Source: Octopus vulgaris (Eukaryota). From it: a stretch of DNA of 64,000 nucleotides. This document shows, piece after piece, positions 1-12,579 of this stretch; positions within the stretch are counted from its first letter, which is position 1; every line of letters starts with the position of its first letter. The stretch is from the NCBI GenBank assembly GCA_951406725.2, contig OX597823.1, positions 39,742,001-39,806,000 on the forward strand, read 5' to 3'. A program made the position numbers and the translations under genes. The notes under the pieces were generated by a model that saw nothing but the letters and a program-made list of their open reading frames with translations, ran no database searches and was not told where the DNA came from.

Positions 1-382
1 GTCTCAGTGATTTAAATGACCGTAACAGAAACACCGATCCAACGAACAACCCTTTGTGTGGTCATCCAGTTTGCGAGAAACAAAAGCCAAACTTCCCTTA
101 AATAACATCCTACCATCTTGGAAACAAAAAGGAAAGCAAAAAAAACAATAAAAGAAAGAAAACAGAAAAGACAAGACACATTTAATTATGGAGATAACCA
201 GCATATATATAAGAATTTGCTGGGTTAACTATGCTCATTGTTCAGTTCCATCACGGTTGTTTGGAGGTAGTCAATAGCAACACCTAGTTGGGTGTCCAAT
301 AAAGCAGCTTCAACGTGGTCCATCGACATGCTACAGATAGTAGTCGAATAGCCCCAAATCATAATATTTTGTCGTCGTCGCC

Positions 383-575
383 TTCTTCTTCTTCTTCTTC
401 TTCTTCTTCTTCTTCTTCTTCTTCTTCTTCTTCTTCTTCTTCTTCTTCTTCTTCTTCTTCTTCTTCTTCTTCTTCTTCTTCTTCTTCTTCTTCTTCTTCT
501 TCTTCTTCTTCTTCTTCTTCTTCTTCTTCCTCCTCCCCTCCTCCTTCCCCTCCTCCACCTTCATCTTCTTCTTCT
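383..575. repeat. (TTC)n microsatellite grading into (TCC)n
   Basis: Long pure TTC run; explains the poly-S/K/E ORFs at 315-680. Confidence 0.97.
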
Positions 576-774
576 TTACATGTTTCCAAAAAGCACGAGA
601 GATACTTTATTGTCTTATACGTATCACTAAAACGTATAGAGGGTCACGGCTGGATTGATTATGATAATAGATTAGCTTGATCAAGGATATCTTGGGATGA
701 AACTTGTGCAACAGCCACAATAGCAACAACAACAACAGTAACTACAGGACATCACTGTTCCAGAACTCATTGAA

Positions 775-998
775 CAGAAGCTTAACACGGTTTCCATACC
801 GCAAAAGTGATCTGAGATCCCAACGTACCCCTGAACGGACGACCGTCCGTCACAAGGTTGCTCATTTACAGCTGAATGGAATGGAATAATGTGAAATGAA
901 GCGTTTTGCTCTAGAACACAACCCACCGTCTGATCCAGGGATCGAAGTCCCTGATATTGCGATTGTGAATGCAATACCCTAGCTATGCTCCTTCACAC
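775..998 (-). mobile_element. Diverged SINE family C (tRNA head + CORE-like domain)
   Basis: Aligns by eye with the copy at 27671-27927 (catttacagctgaatgga...gaaatgaagcgttttgctctagaacacaac...gggatcgaa). Confidence 0.7.
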
Positions 999-1102
999 AA
1001 TACAGTAATCCTTCTTCATATCGCGGTTTATTATTTAAGCTTACGTCATTTCCTCCGTGGTGTTGTTTTGCATTTATAATAAGATAAATATATACAAATT
1101 AT

Positions 1103-1406
1103 TGTTTATTCCTTCTCGAGCCACGCCTGGCTCATTAGGGCCGGTTTCCCAGTTTCCTTGGCGTATAGGTTCCCCACCTGAACGGGACGTCGGTCCGTCG
1201 CAGGTGAGCTGCAAGATGCAGGAGGAAAGAGTGAGAGAAAGTTGTAGCGAAAGAGTCAGCAGAAGTTCGCTATTACCTTCTGCCGGAGCCGCGTGGAGCT
1301 TTAGGTGTTTCGCTCATTAACATACACATCGCTCGGTCTGAGATTCGAACCCGCGATCCCTCGACCGCGAGTCCGCTGCTCTAACCACAAGGCCATGTGC
1401 CTCCAC
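1103..1406 (-). mobile_element. SINE family C variant with replaced central domain, 14-bp TSD
   Basis: TSD TATATACAAATTAT at 1089-1102 and 1407-1420. tRNA-like head (gtggaggcacatggcc...gggttcgaatc). Tail shared with the 27671 copy. Confidence 0.85.
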
Positions 1407-2159
1407 TATATACAAATTATAAAGATAATTTTTAAAAAAGCATACAGTACAGTACTGTTTCTACTTCGCGGATTTTCACCTGTCCCACGGCGGGGTGGGC
1501 GGTGATGGAACGTAACACCCACGATAGTTGAGGGATTGCTGTACATCAGAAAGTAAGACAAATAAAATGAGAGTAATGTAGCATTGACCAACCTTAGTTG
1601 GCAAATAATTCACAATTCACAGCACAAGCAACTTTTTAAAATAAAAAAAAAAAACCGAAAAATCCTCCGAGATTGTGAAGATCCTTAATTTCCGTACCAA
1701 TTGCCATGTGATAGTAGCATTCATTGAACTGATAATTAGACAACGCGAAATAAAATGCTTTGCTTAAGGATACAACGCGCGTATCGAAACCACAATCTTG
1801 CAATCCTAAGTGCCACACCCTAACCACTTAGCCACGCGTCATCACCACTACCACCACCAACAACAGCAACATCTTAATCAACTGGAATGTTTGAGTCTAG
1901 TTTTGGCGGGAACATTACCTTCTTATCTCTATTTACCTAACCCTGCCAGTTATCTTCTCCCTAGTGTATCACCTCGCGCCTCACTAATTTCTTTCTTCTT
2001 TCATTGGATGTCTTTCAAATTTCTTTTATCCTTTTTCATTGTACTTGCTTTTCATTTTTTTTTTCCAATTATTCTTTCTTTTTACTTGGTTTTAGTTTTC
2101 CTTTCACTTCTTTTCTTACACTTCTTCCTTTTTTCCCACTCCTATTTCCTCTTTGTTGT

Positions 2160-2530
2160 TGCTCTTCTTCTTCCTTCTCCTCCTCTCCTCTCTTCCCCTC
2201 CTCCTCTCCTCTCTTCCCCTCCTCCTCTCCTCTCTTCCCCTCCTCCTCACCTTCTTCTTCTTCTTTTTCTTCTTCCTCCTCTTCTTTTTCTTCTTCCTCC
2301 TCTTCTTTTCTTCTTCCTCCTCTTCTTCTTTTTCTTCTTCCCCCTCTTCTTCTTTTTCTTCTTCTTCTTCCTCCTCCTCTTCTTTTTCTTCTTTTTTCTT
2401 TTTCTTCTTCTTCTTCTTCTTCTTCTTCTTCTTCTTCTTCTTCTTCTCCTCCTCACCTCCTTCTCCACCTCCTTCTCCACCTCCTTCTCCACCTCCTTCT
2501 CCACCTCCTCCTCCTCCTCCTCCTCCGCCT
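2160..2530. repeat. Pyrimidine-rich compound repeat: (TTC)n, a 21-bp unit x3 and (CACCTCCTTCTC)x4
   Basis: Directly visible; source of the low-complexity ORFs at 1810-2683. Confidence 0.9.
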
Positions 2531-2924
2531 CTACCCTATTTCTTCCGCTACTCACTCCCTCATCCGCTCTGTCCCCAGCTTTTTTCCCCACAATCCTCTT
2601 CTCTCGACAATTTTTACTCCATCCATCCCTCGGAGGGCAACTTCCATTATAACATGAATCTTACTTGGCATACTATCTACTAATGCAATCACTGATTCTC
2701 CTGATAAACACGAAAGTTCTGAAAATCCCGCCTTTTTACATTACGAATATTAACAAGGCGACGAAACTGTATAAATCCTCTACTCATTCTCTTTCTCTTT
2801 CTCTTTCTCTTTCATTCCTTTATTTTTCTTTATTTCATTATTTATCTCTCATTCCATTTACCTTTCATCCCTCTCCGTCACTCTTTCTATCCTTTCTCTC
2901 TTGTTACTTTAATAACTGTCCCAT

Positions 2925-3100
2925 ATTTTTGGCACAAAGCCAGCAATTTTAGGAAGAGTCGATAAGTTGAGCATACCGACCCAGTGCTCAACTACTACTT
3001 CATTGTATCGACTCCGAAAGGACGAAATACAAACTTGACCTCGTTAAAGAGCAAGAAGAAATGCCGCTAAACATTTTGTCGGTGCACTAATGATTCTGCG
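2925..3100 (-). mobile_element. Degenerate SINE family A2 (Meta-like domain, alternative tail)
   Basis: ttttggcacaaagccagcaatttt...cgacccagtgctcaact...cgactccgaaaggacgaaa matches the copies at 30020 and 51855. Confidence 0.65.
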
Positions 3101-3333
3101 ACATTTTTATTGCTTGTAACAGGAATGGTGTTGTTAGTTAATTTCTTTGTTGCATTTTAAGCTAATTCTGTTCGGATCCCGTGAATATTTGAGGTTGTTA
3201 CTTACCTTCAGTCTCTGCACTGGTGAGGCAATATTGCAGTAATCCTTACCATGCTAGCTCTATAGCGACGGGCTGCAAAGTACGCGGCAGTTTTACTGAT
3301 ATAACTGTTTCAGTGATAAATTATATAATTACC

Positions 3334-3569
3334 TATTGTTTTACTACCCACAAAGGGGCTAAACGCAGAGGGGACAAACAAAGACAGACAAACGGATTAA
3401 GTCGATTACATCGACCCCAGTGCGTAACTGGCACTTAATTTATCGACCCCGAAAGGATGAAAGGCAAAGTCGACCTCGGCGGAATTTGAACTCAGAACGT
3501 AACGGCAGACGAAATACGGCTACGCATTTCTCCCGGCGTGCTATCGTTTCTGCCAGTTCGCTGCCTTTA
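3334..3569 (-). mobile_element. SINE family A (tRNA head, Meta-like domain gcctttcatcctttcggggtcgat), full length, 23-bp TSD
   Basis: TSD CAGTGATAAATTATATAATTACC at 3311-3333 and 3570-3592; closely similar to the copies at 15842 and 21000. Confidence 0.92.
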
Positions 3570-3781
3570 CAGTGATAAATTATATAATTACCGTGAAGGT
3601 GTGTGAACTTGTGGTTACGATGCTTGACTCAAGAAGGCAATGTCGTGACTTCAGTTCCTGGTTGAAGCAGTGAGTTAACTTAATCCACTATCTATATAAA
3701 TTAACGGAATACGAATTGTTAATCTCTCGATCAATGAATGTTATTTCTTCAATACGAATTACTTCCTATTAAATTATAAGA

Positions 3782-3955
3782 GCAGGAGTGGCCGTGTGGC
3801 AAGTAGCTTGCTTACCAACTACATAGTTCCAGGTTCAGTCCCACTGCGTGGCATCTTGGGCAAGTGTCTTCTACTATAGCCTCGGGCCGACCAAAGCCTT
3901 GTGAATGGATTTGGTAGACGGAAACTGGAAGAAATCCGTCGTATATATGTATGTG

Positions 3956-4027
<72 letters not shown>

Positions 4028-4260
4028 TGTGTGTGTTTGTGTGTGTGTTTATGTGTCTGTGATTGTCCCTGCAACATCACTTGACAAACGATCTTGGTGT
4101 GTTTACGTCCCCGTAACTTAGCGGTTCGGCAAAAGAGACCGATAGAATAAGTACTAGGCTTACAAAGAATAAGTCCTGGGATCGATTTCCTCGACTAAAG
4201 GCGATGCTCCAGCATGACCGCAGTCAAATGACTGAAACAAGTAAAATAGTAAAAGAGTAA
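3782..4260 (+). mobile_element. SINE family B (tRNA head, CORE-like gtggcatcttgggcaagtgtc, internal (TG)n, tail ...gactgaaacaagtaaaagagt)
   Basis: Pol III A/B-box-like head; homologous copies at 11765, 60645, 25838 and 38330. Confidence 0.9.
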
Positions 4261-4264
4261 ATTA

Positions 4265-4570
4265 CAGGCTTTTCCGCCTTTTATACGTTCTGGTTTCAAA
4301 TGTCACCGAGGTCGATTTTGCCTTTCATCGTTTCAGCATACCTGTTCAACACTGGGGTCGATTTGATCAGCATTCCCCTCCTCTCATCCTCTCAAAACTT
4401 ATGCCGAAATTAGAAAGGTTATTATGTTACAGTCCAAGGACGGTGTATTGACAGAATAGATAGAGCGTCGGTAAAAATGCTTTGCAGCTCTCTACGTTCT
4501 GAGTTCAGATCCCACTGTAGTCAAATTTGCCTTTCATCCCTCCGAGGTCGATGAAATAAATTACTAGTGT
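4265..4570 (+). mobile_element. Two partial SINE A/A2 copies in tandem
   Basis: acgttctggtttcaaatgtcaccgaggtcgattttgcctttcatcg and acgttctgagttcagatccc...gcctttcatccctccgaggtcgat. Confidence 0.75.
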
Positions 4571-5134
4571 TGGTACCTTCTACCTAAGAACAGTCAAACA
4601 GTCCTAGATCAAAGGCGAGAGGCGTGGCACAACAAAACTTGTTTACCGCCGGGCACAACATTTTGCAATATTTGTCCTGGTACATTACATTAATCTTTCA
4701 TTCTTCCAAAGCTGATAAAATAAAGTACCTGCCATATGCTGGGGCCCATATCATCGGCAGATTCTCCGCTCCCCCTCATTTCTGTTTTTTTTTAAAATTT
4801 AATCCTGGATCATTCCTGGTCAAGCAAACCAAAGATTGAAAGAGCTTCCAGACATATATTATCCTAGCATTTCTTTTTTTAGGAAAAGTGTATCTAAGAC
4901 TGCATCATCCCCTATGTCCTTTCTTTCTTTTTCTTTTTTCTTTTATCTAATACATTTTATATGAAAAAAGATTTGCTCGCTATATTTCTATAAGTGGAGC
5001 ATCCAAATAGAGGGACCTTAACTGAATTACTAAGTAACTAAATACAAAAAGTAATTCTTTCGCTCCATAAGACGATGCTTAGCTCCAATTTCTGGAACTC
5101 TAAGAAAGTAAATAAAATAAACCTTATATAACAA

Positions 5135-5350
5135 GGGCACATGGCCTAGTATTTATGGTGTTGCATTCACGATTGCAACATCATTGTTTCAATTCCCAGA
5201 CTTGGCGGTGCGATATGTTCTTGAGCAAAACACTTCATTTCACGTTACGTCAGTCGATTGAGCTGTAAATGAGTAACCCTGCAACAAAGTGGAATCTCGT
5301 ACAAAGAGGAATATTGAGATTTCAATGACTTACACGCCATGAAAACCGAG
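5135..5350 (+). mobile_element. SINE family C, diverged
   Basis: ggcacatggcctagt...gtttcaattccc...tgttcttgagcaaaacacttcatttcacgtt. Confidence 0.75.
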
Positions 5351-5974
5351 TTATGGTAGTAATATCCAAGGGGGAATGATGATATAGCTAAGGCCTAAGT
5401 CTTATAGGTAACAATCCTACAAAATCTTAATACCATTATTTCCCAACTGAGCAAGCTAAAACATAGCGGAATCAAGGGTCCGACCTAGAAACGCAACAAT
5501 TTCTATATAACAGGTTTCAACTAATGAAGACATTTCGCTTTTATACATTCGGGTCCTAAAGACAAACTGTATTTCTTCTCCCAACATTCTGTATCAATGA
5601 GAAGACGAAATACAGAGACTGTATTCATCATTTTTTCTTCCTCTGCTATGGGGTCGAACAAGTTAAGATGATTTTTAAAAAACCCTCCTTCTTAACCTTA
5701 TTAAACATGGAAATGTGTCCTCTGCTTATTCTATCTTTATAACTCTTATCCAAAGGTGAATCAAAGGTTAAACTAAAGAACCGACGGATTGTGAGTTCAG
5801 CTCCAGAATCAATTACATATAGTGTCATGAAGGAAGAAAGGATTCTGCTTTCGTATAGGGAGTGGTATTGCACGGTACGTAGGATGCACCTGGGTGTGTC
5901 TTTCCCAGTAATGGGGCAGAATATTATTATAGAAATTAAATTTCACGCGAGTTTAAAATAAGTAATAATGAATA

Positions 5975-6246
5975 CTAGTGTGATCCGTGAATATTTCACG
6001 GAATTAATAGTAAACGTATTGGATTATTCATGAAAACTTTATCAAAAACCGCATGTCATGGACGCTTCTCTTTCCCTCTTTTTCTTTCTCTCTTTCTGCC
6101 TCACTCTTCACCTTATCCGCTTTTTCTCTCTTCCTCTTTTCTTTCTCCCTCTTTTTCTCTAATCACGTGAAAGCGTTACTGGCGGGCTAAGTAACGTAAT
6201 GGCAAGCAGAATTATTATAAAATATTTGCACGTATTATACATGTGC

Positions 6247-6295
<49 letters not shown>

Positions 6296-6707
6296 TAAAT
6301 TTTTTTATCGCTATTTTCGTGGATTCCCATGATTTTCGGTTATCCAATTCCATTATTATGAATTTGAATTGGGAGCTTGAGTTATAGTGAATCTTTCACT
6401 AGCTGATTATGCAACAATTAATGCCACCCCTATGAATGCGTTGCCGTTACTCACTTAATAGGGCTTGGTGACCCTAACCATTAAAATTTTTAAAATTCCT
6501 CCGTTCATCAGTTGGCTCACTTGAATTCTTCCGCTGCTTCTTCACAATCCGCCATGCTGCAGTCTCATGACATCGTACTACTTTTGGCTGGGTGGTTGAA
6601 CGGGCGCTATGCTTTGCCAAAGGGCAGCCCTTGATTATGCAGGTTATACTTGACACTCCGTGAAATATTTTCAAACTACCCGCATATCCAAGTACAAAAA
6701 TAAAAGA
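5975..6707 (-). mobile_element. Non-autonomous Helitron-like element
   Basis: On the minus strand it starts TC (6707), ends CTAG (5975) and sits between A and T. Subterminal hairpin TCCGTGAA-TAT-TTCACGGA at 5984-6002. Confidence 0.6.
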
Positions 6708-6894
6708 TGTATACGTATATATGATATTATATCATCATTTACTTAAAATGTTATACAGATGTAACCGGAAATATAAGAAACGGAGCACAAATATTTTCCT
6801 ACGTAAATCTTTACAGCTGTTTCAAAACTTCAGTGATTATATTTGTGTATATGCGTATACAGAGAAAGAAATCTATAGATTTATATTTGTATCC

Positions 6895-6896
6895 TT

Positions 6897-6977
<81 letters not shown>

Positions 6978-7146
6978 CAGACAGACATACATCGGCATAA
7001 ATATAGACATAGGTAGAAATAAAAAAAAACAAATATGCCTGCCTACCAAGTTCTATATATAATGGTGCTTATAGTTGTTCATGTATGTTTGTTCAAAAGA
7101 GTATATAGGGACAGCTTACTGAACATTTTTTATTCCTATAGATGTG

Positions 7147-7227
<81 letters not shown>

Positions 7228-7777
7228 ACCTATATACATATATGAACAAATACTGCTGTCAAAATATTTTTACGTATCGTCTCCACAGTGATAAGCCTTT
7301 CGCTCACAATTTGGTTTATTAATACCTACAGTCTACCTTGCGTATTTATTCACAGCACAGACCTGATATACATTGACAGACATATAACGTGTGTATTTCT
7401 ATCTCTAGTTCTTTCTTTCTCTCTTTCTTTCTATCTATTTATCTATCTATCTCTATCTAGCTAATTGTCCGTCCGTCTGTCTGTCTGTCTGTCAGCCTAT
7501 ATTTATCTATCTATATATGGGGTTCGTGTCCCACGGGAAGCCTTCAAATTCTATCTAAACGGTTTTTTAACCCAATATTTACACGCTATCACGAACAGCC
7601 TTATCTGCTTCAAGTTTCGCCGTTGCAATAAATACTTATTTTACGTTCTCTCGAAGTTTGAAAATTTTTATGACATCAGCAATACATATATACGTACTTA
7701 TGTATGTATGTATGTATGTATGTATGTATGTATGTATGTATGTATGTATGTATGTATGTATGTATGTATGTATGTAT

Positions 7778-7817
<40 letters not shown>

Positions 7818-8027
7818 ATATATATATATATATACATACATACATACATACATACATACATACACATATATATGTGTGTGAGTGTATATATATGTATATA
7901 CATATTTATATATATAGCTATACACACACACACATATATATATATATATACTTGTTTACGTGAGAAAAACTAAAGCGCATTAAATGTCCACATAGAAGCA
8001 ATATATATTTATGCATATTTCTACATC

Positions 8028-8062
<35 letters not shown>

Positions 8063-8735
8063 ATATATATATATATGGGTATATCTGTATTTGTCTATGA
8101 ATGTATACACTCACACACACACACATATATATAATGTGAGTGTGTGTGGTTGCATATGTGCGTGTGGGGGGTTGCATATGCGCGTGTATGTGGAGTGCAT
8201 GTGTGTGTGCGCGCGCGAGTACGTGTGTACGTGTGTGTGTATGTGTGTGTGTGCATATATGTGTGCGTGTGTGCGTGTAATATAATTTTGGAAAGTTATA
8301 AAGTTATGGTAGAACTAGAACGTGATGTTGTGCCAATATCTTTAAAAGATGATGCAGAAATTCTGCAAGAAATATTTCTGGCCAATGGCATCGAAGAACA
8401 AAGGGAATGGTTGATGCTTTGAGAAGAGAAGAGATAATGGAGATGTAGAATAACGGCAGAGATAACATTTACAGATAACAATATCAATGTATTCTAAGAA
8501 TTGATAACAGAACAGTTTCTTGGTGAAGTGCTTCTTTAGATGACTGCTGTCCATGTGGTAGGTTGCCTGGTTGTTGAGCGGAGCTGTTTGGTTAGTCGGG
8601 GACTTGGGTGTTGGTGGTGGTGGTGGTGGTGGTATTGGGGGGGGGTAGCGGTGGTACATTGATGATGCTCATGACAAATGTCGTGAAGATGATGATAATG
8701 ATGAAGGTGATGATAAAGATGATGATAATGATAAA

Positions 8736-8778
<43 letters not shown>

Positions 8779-8868
8779 TAATCTCAGAACAGGAGTGTAA
8801 ATTAAGGGTGTGTATGTCTACACATCTGTATGCACATATACATATCTATGAATCTATCTTTCTTTCTC

Positions 8869-8943
<75 letters not shown>

Positions 8944-9372
8944 TATACTTACATGCATACATACACACATACATACATACATGCATGCATATATACATAC
9001 ATACATATATGCATACATACATACATACATACATGCATGCATGCATGCATTCATACATACATGCATACATACATACATACATACATACATACTTGCATAC
9101 ATACATACATGCATGCATGCATGCATTCATACATACATGCATACATACATACATACATACATACATACATACATACATACTTGCATACATACATACATGC
9201 ATGCATGCATGCATGCGTGCATGCATACATACATACATACATACATACATACATACATACATACACACATACATACTTGCATACATGCATACATACACAC
9301 ATACATACATACATACATACATACATACATACATACATACATACATACATACATACATACATACATACATAC
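6895..9372. repeat. Microsatellite cluster: (GATA)n, (TG)n, (ATGT)n, (TC)n, (TA)n, (GAT)n and a long (CATA)/(CATG) mosaic
   Basis: Directly visible; explains the YIHT/MYVC ORFs. Confidence 0.95.
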
Positions 9373-9921
9373 AAATGCATATTTTAAATTTTACATTATA
9401 AGAATATGAAGAAAACTAAGTTTCTTAACGGTGGAACTCTCGAAGTAGATAATGCTATAGTTAATAGCATGTAAACATCACAGACAAACTCTAACAGTTA
9501 GTCTTCGGCTTCTCTCCATCCAAGGGTCTTCAGCCCAATATTTACATGTCATTGTTTATAGTTTTATCTACTTAATGTTGACAAATAATCTTGCTTCCTA
9601 TGTAGATATTTACAAAGATTGCACAAAGTTAATGATGGTATAGTTTCTTAGAATTGGTTTTATGTACAGTCCGACTGCACGGTAACTTGTGCAAGTGTCT
9701 TCCATAGCCTCGGGCTGACCAAAGTCTTGTGAGTGGATTTAGTGGACGGAAACAGAAAAAAAACTCATCATATATACACACATACATGCATGCATACATA
9801 CATATATATGTGTGCGTGAAAGGCAGAAACAAGGAAAATGCCACTTATATTTGAACACTATACAAATATTCTTTTAAAAAAAACTCTTCTTTTAATTTTT
9901 CTAAACTTAATTATTTAATCG

Positions 9922-9964
9922 TTACAGTTGAAAAGGTCTCAGATGACTGAAACCTGTACTGAAA
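9922..9964 (+). ncRNA. Minimal type I hammerhead ribozyme-like motif, U3-A8 core
   Basis: UUACAG-UUGAAAA-GGUC-ucagau-GACU-GAAA-CCUG-UA-CUGAAA: stem I with one mismatch, 4-bp stem II, near-palindromic stem III, GUA triplet. Confidence 0.6.
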
Positions 9965-10196
9965 TGTTCTTTATAAAATTATTTTAGCATTTTCTATCTT
10001 GACTTGTTTTTTCATATATATATATATATATAATGTATATGTATGTATGTATGTATGAATGTATGTATGTATGTATGTATGTATATATGTATGTATGTAT
10101 GTATGTATGTACGTATGTATGTATGTATGTATGTATCTATATCTATATCTATATATATATGCACTCACCCATATATATGTATTTATATAGATAGAT

Positions 10197-10252
<56 letters not shown>

Positions 10253-10369
10253 TATACATAATATATATACAAACACACACACACACACACTGACAGGAGT
10301 GATAACCGCCCCATGAGCGACTCTAGGATCACTGAACTAGCCTAGTTTCGCCTATCAGTTGTAGTGTGT

Positions 10370-10379
10370 CTGTGTGTAT

Positions 10380-10413
<34 letters not shown>

Positions 10414-10635
10414 CTGTCTGTGTGTCTGTGTTCGTCTCCCATCGCCGCTTGACAGCCAGTGTTGATGTACTAACGTCCCCGTATATTGCGGCTCGGCAAA
10501 ACAGATCGATACACTTCAAGAGATCAAAACAAAAAGCAAAAAATAGTTAATAGTAATATGTATTGCAGTTAGTTCATTCGACTCCAGCATGGCCGCAGTC
10601 TAATGACTGAAACAAGTAACAGACAAAAGATAAAA
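10370..10635 (+). mobile_element. SINE family B, 3' half
   Basis: (TG)n followed by cgccgcttgacagccagtgttg...cagcatggccgcagtctaatgactgaaacaagtaac. Confidence 0.75.
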
Positions 10636-10757
10636 GCGGTATAAATGGATTTTTAAAAATATTCTAAGAGATATGAAAGGGCGTGAAATACTTCTTAGCT
10701 CTTGACGTCTTTCAGAGTCAGTTTCTGCTGAAGAAAACGTTTATATTATATACATGA

Positions 10758-10861
<104 letters not shown>

Positions 10862-11274
10862 ACATACATATATATATACTATCTATCTATCTATATAAAT
10901 GCATATATATGGGTGAGTGCATATATATATAGATATAGATATACATACATACATACATACATACATACATACATACATACATACATACGTACATACTTAC
11001 ATGCATACATACATGCATGCGCACATACATACATACATACATACTTACATACATACGTACATACATACATGCACACGTACAAACGTACGTACGCACATCC
11101 ACACACTATAAACGGATCGGTTACAATGCGACATTCTTTGAGCACAAATTACACCAGAAAATACGAAAGAAGGTGGAGTTATAGATTCTATATGTGTTAT
11201 GTTAAATCCTGTTGATGTTAATTTGTTGTATAACACATATTAAAGACAACTACACAAATATCTGACAGAGACAA

Positions 11275-11657
11275 TCTCTCTCTATATAAACGGCAGTTTG
11301 TCTATGCGTTTTCTGTGTGTCTGTTTTCTCGTACCCTCACTCTGACCACGGCTTTCAACCGATTCTGATGAAACTTGACACACACATAGCCCAATGTCAT
11401 AATTCAAAACTAACGCAGCGAAAATTTTGAAAAGTTCCCCCAGTTCTGAAAAAAATCGATAAATTCGACATGGGGTCGAGAATCAGAAACCCAAACCACA
11501 GACCGTCTAGGGGACGCAACTCCACCTTTTTTAACTCTCAAAAAAATTTACCATCATTTTTTTTCCATTTTTTTGCTATTTTTTGGCTATAACTCTCTAA
11601 AAATGCTTTATAGTTATTTCCCTTACAAACCTGAGCAACGCCGGGCGATACTGCTAG
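11275..11657 (+). mobile_element. Non-autonomous Helitron
   Basis: 5' TC(TC)TATATAAA; 3' GC-rich imperfect hairpin cctgagcaacgccggg then CTAG; inserted at A|T. Same 3' end as 40244-40870. Confidence 0.85.
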
Positions 11658-11764
11658 TTACAAATAAATGCTTAACTAGATAAGTTTATATTTAGGTAGT
11701 AAGAAGAGGAAGTAATTCATATGTTTACAGAGTGAGTTGGTGATTCACAGTAGATTTACGATTT

Positions 11765-11925
11765 AAGTAGCTTGTCTACCAACCACATGGTTCCGGGTTC
11801 AGTCCCACTGCGTGGCACCTTGGGCAAGTGTCTTCTACTACAGCCTCGGGCCGACCAAAGCCTTGTGAGTGGATTTGGTAGACGGAAACTGAAAGAAGCC
11901 CGTCGTATATATGTATATATATGTA

Positions 11926-11984
<59 letters not shown>

Positions 11985-12172
11985 CCCCCTAGCATTGCTT
12001 GACAACCGATGCTGGTGTGTGTATGTCCCCGTTACTTAGCGGTTCGGCAAAAGAGACCGATAGAATAAGTACTGGGCTTACAAAAGAATAAGTCCCGGGG
12101 TCGAGTTGCTCGGTCAAAGACGGTGCTCCAGCATGGCCTCAGTCAAATGACTGAAACAAGTAAAAAGAGAGA
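11765..12172 (+). mobile_element. SINE family B, slightly 5'-truncated
   Basis: Closely similar to 3782-4260. Confidence 0.9.
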
Positions 12173-12312
12173 GGTTAGAGGTAAGAATTAAAGAAAATTA
12201 AGAGTGAAATTTTAACTAATCAGAACTGGTTCATTTTTCATTACCTATATCTGTTTTAACTATTACAGTTATAATTTTCTTTAATCAAACTACTAATACG
12301 CTAGAATTTACA

Positions 12313-12490
12313 AAGGCGGCGAGCTGGTAGATTCGTCAGCATGCGAGGCAAGATGCTTAGCGCCATTTCGTCCGTCTGTGTGTTCTGAGTTCAAATTTCA
12401 CCTAGGTCGATTTTGCCTTTCATCCTTTCGGGGTCGATAATATGGGTACCAGTTGAGAACTGGGACCAATGTAATCGATTACCTAGATCT
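12313..12490 (+). mobile_element. SINE family A/A2, 3'-truncated
   Basis: aggcggcgagctggtagattcgtcagc...gcctttcatcctttcggggtcgat. Confidence 0.85.
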
Positions 12491-12579
12491 CCGAATTAGC
12501 TGGATGTCAAGCGGTGGTGGGGGACACACAAAGGTACACACATACACATATATATACATCCACTCATTTGCGAAAATCT

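Noticed and set aside
3334-3569. tRNA genes at SINE heads
   Set aside because: A/B-box-like motifs run straight into SINE bodies with TSDs, and no complete cloverleaf is supported.
8290-8422. Protein-like ORF tail MVELERDVVPISLKDDAEILQEIFLANG
   Set aside because: Short, with no recognisable domain and no clear splice sites.
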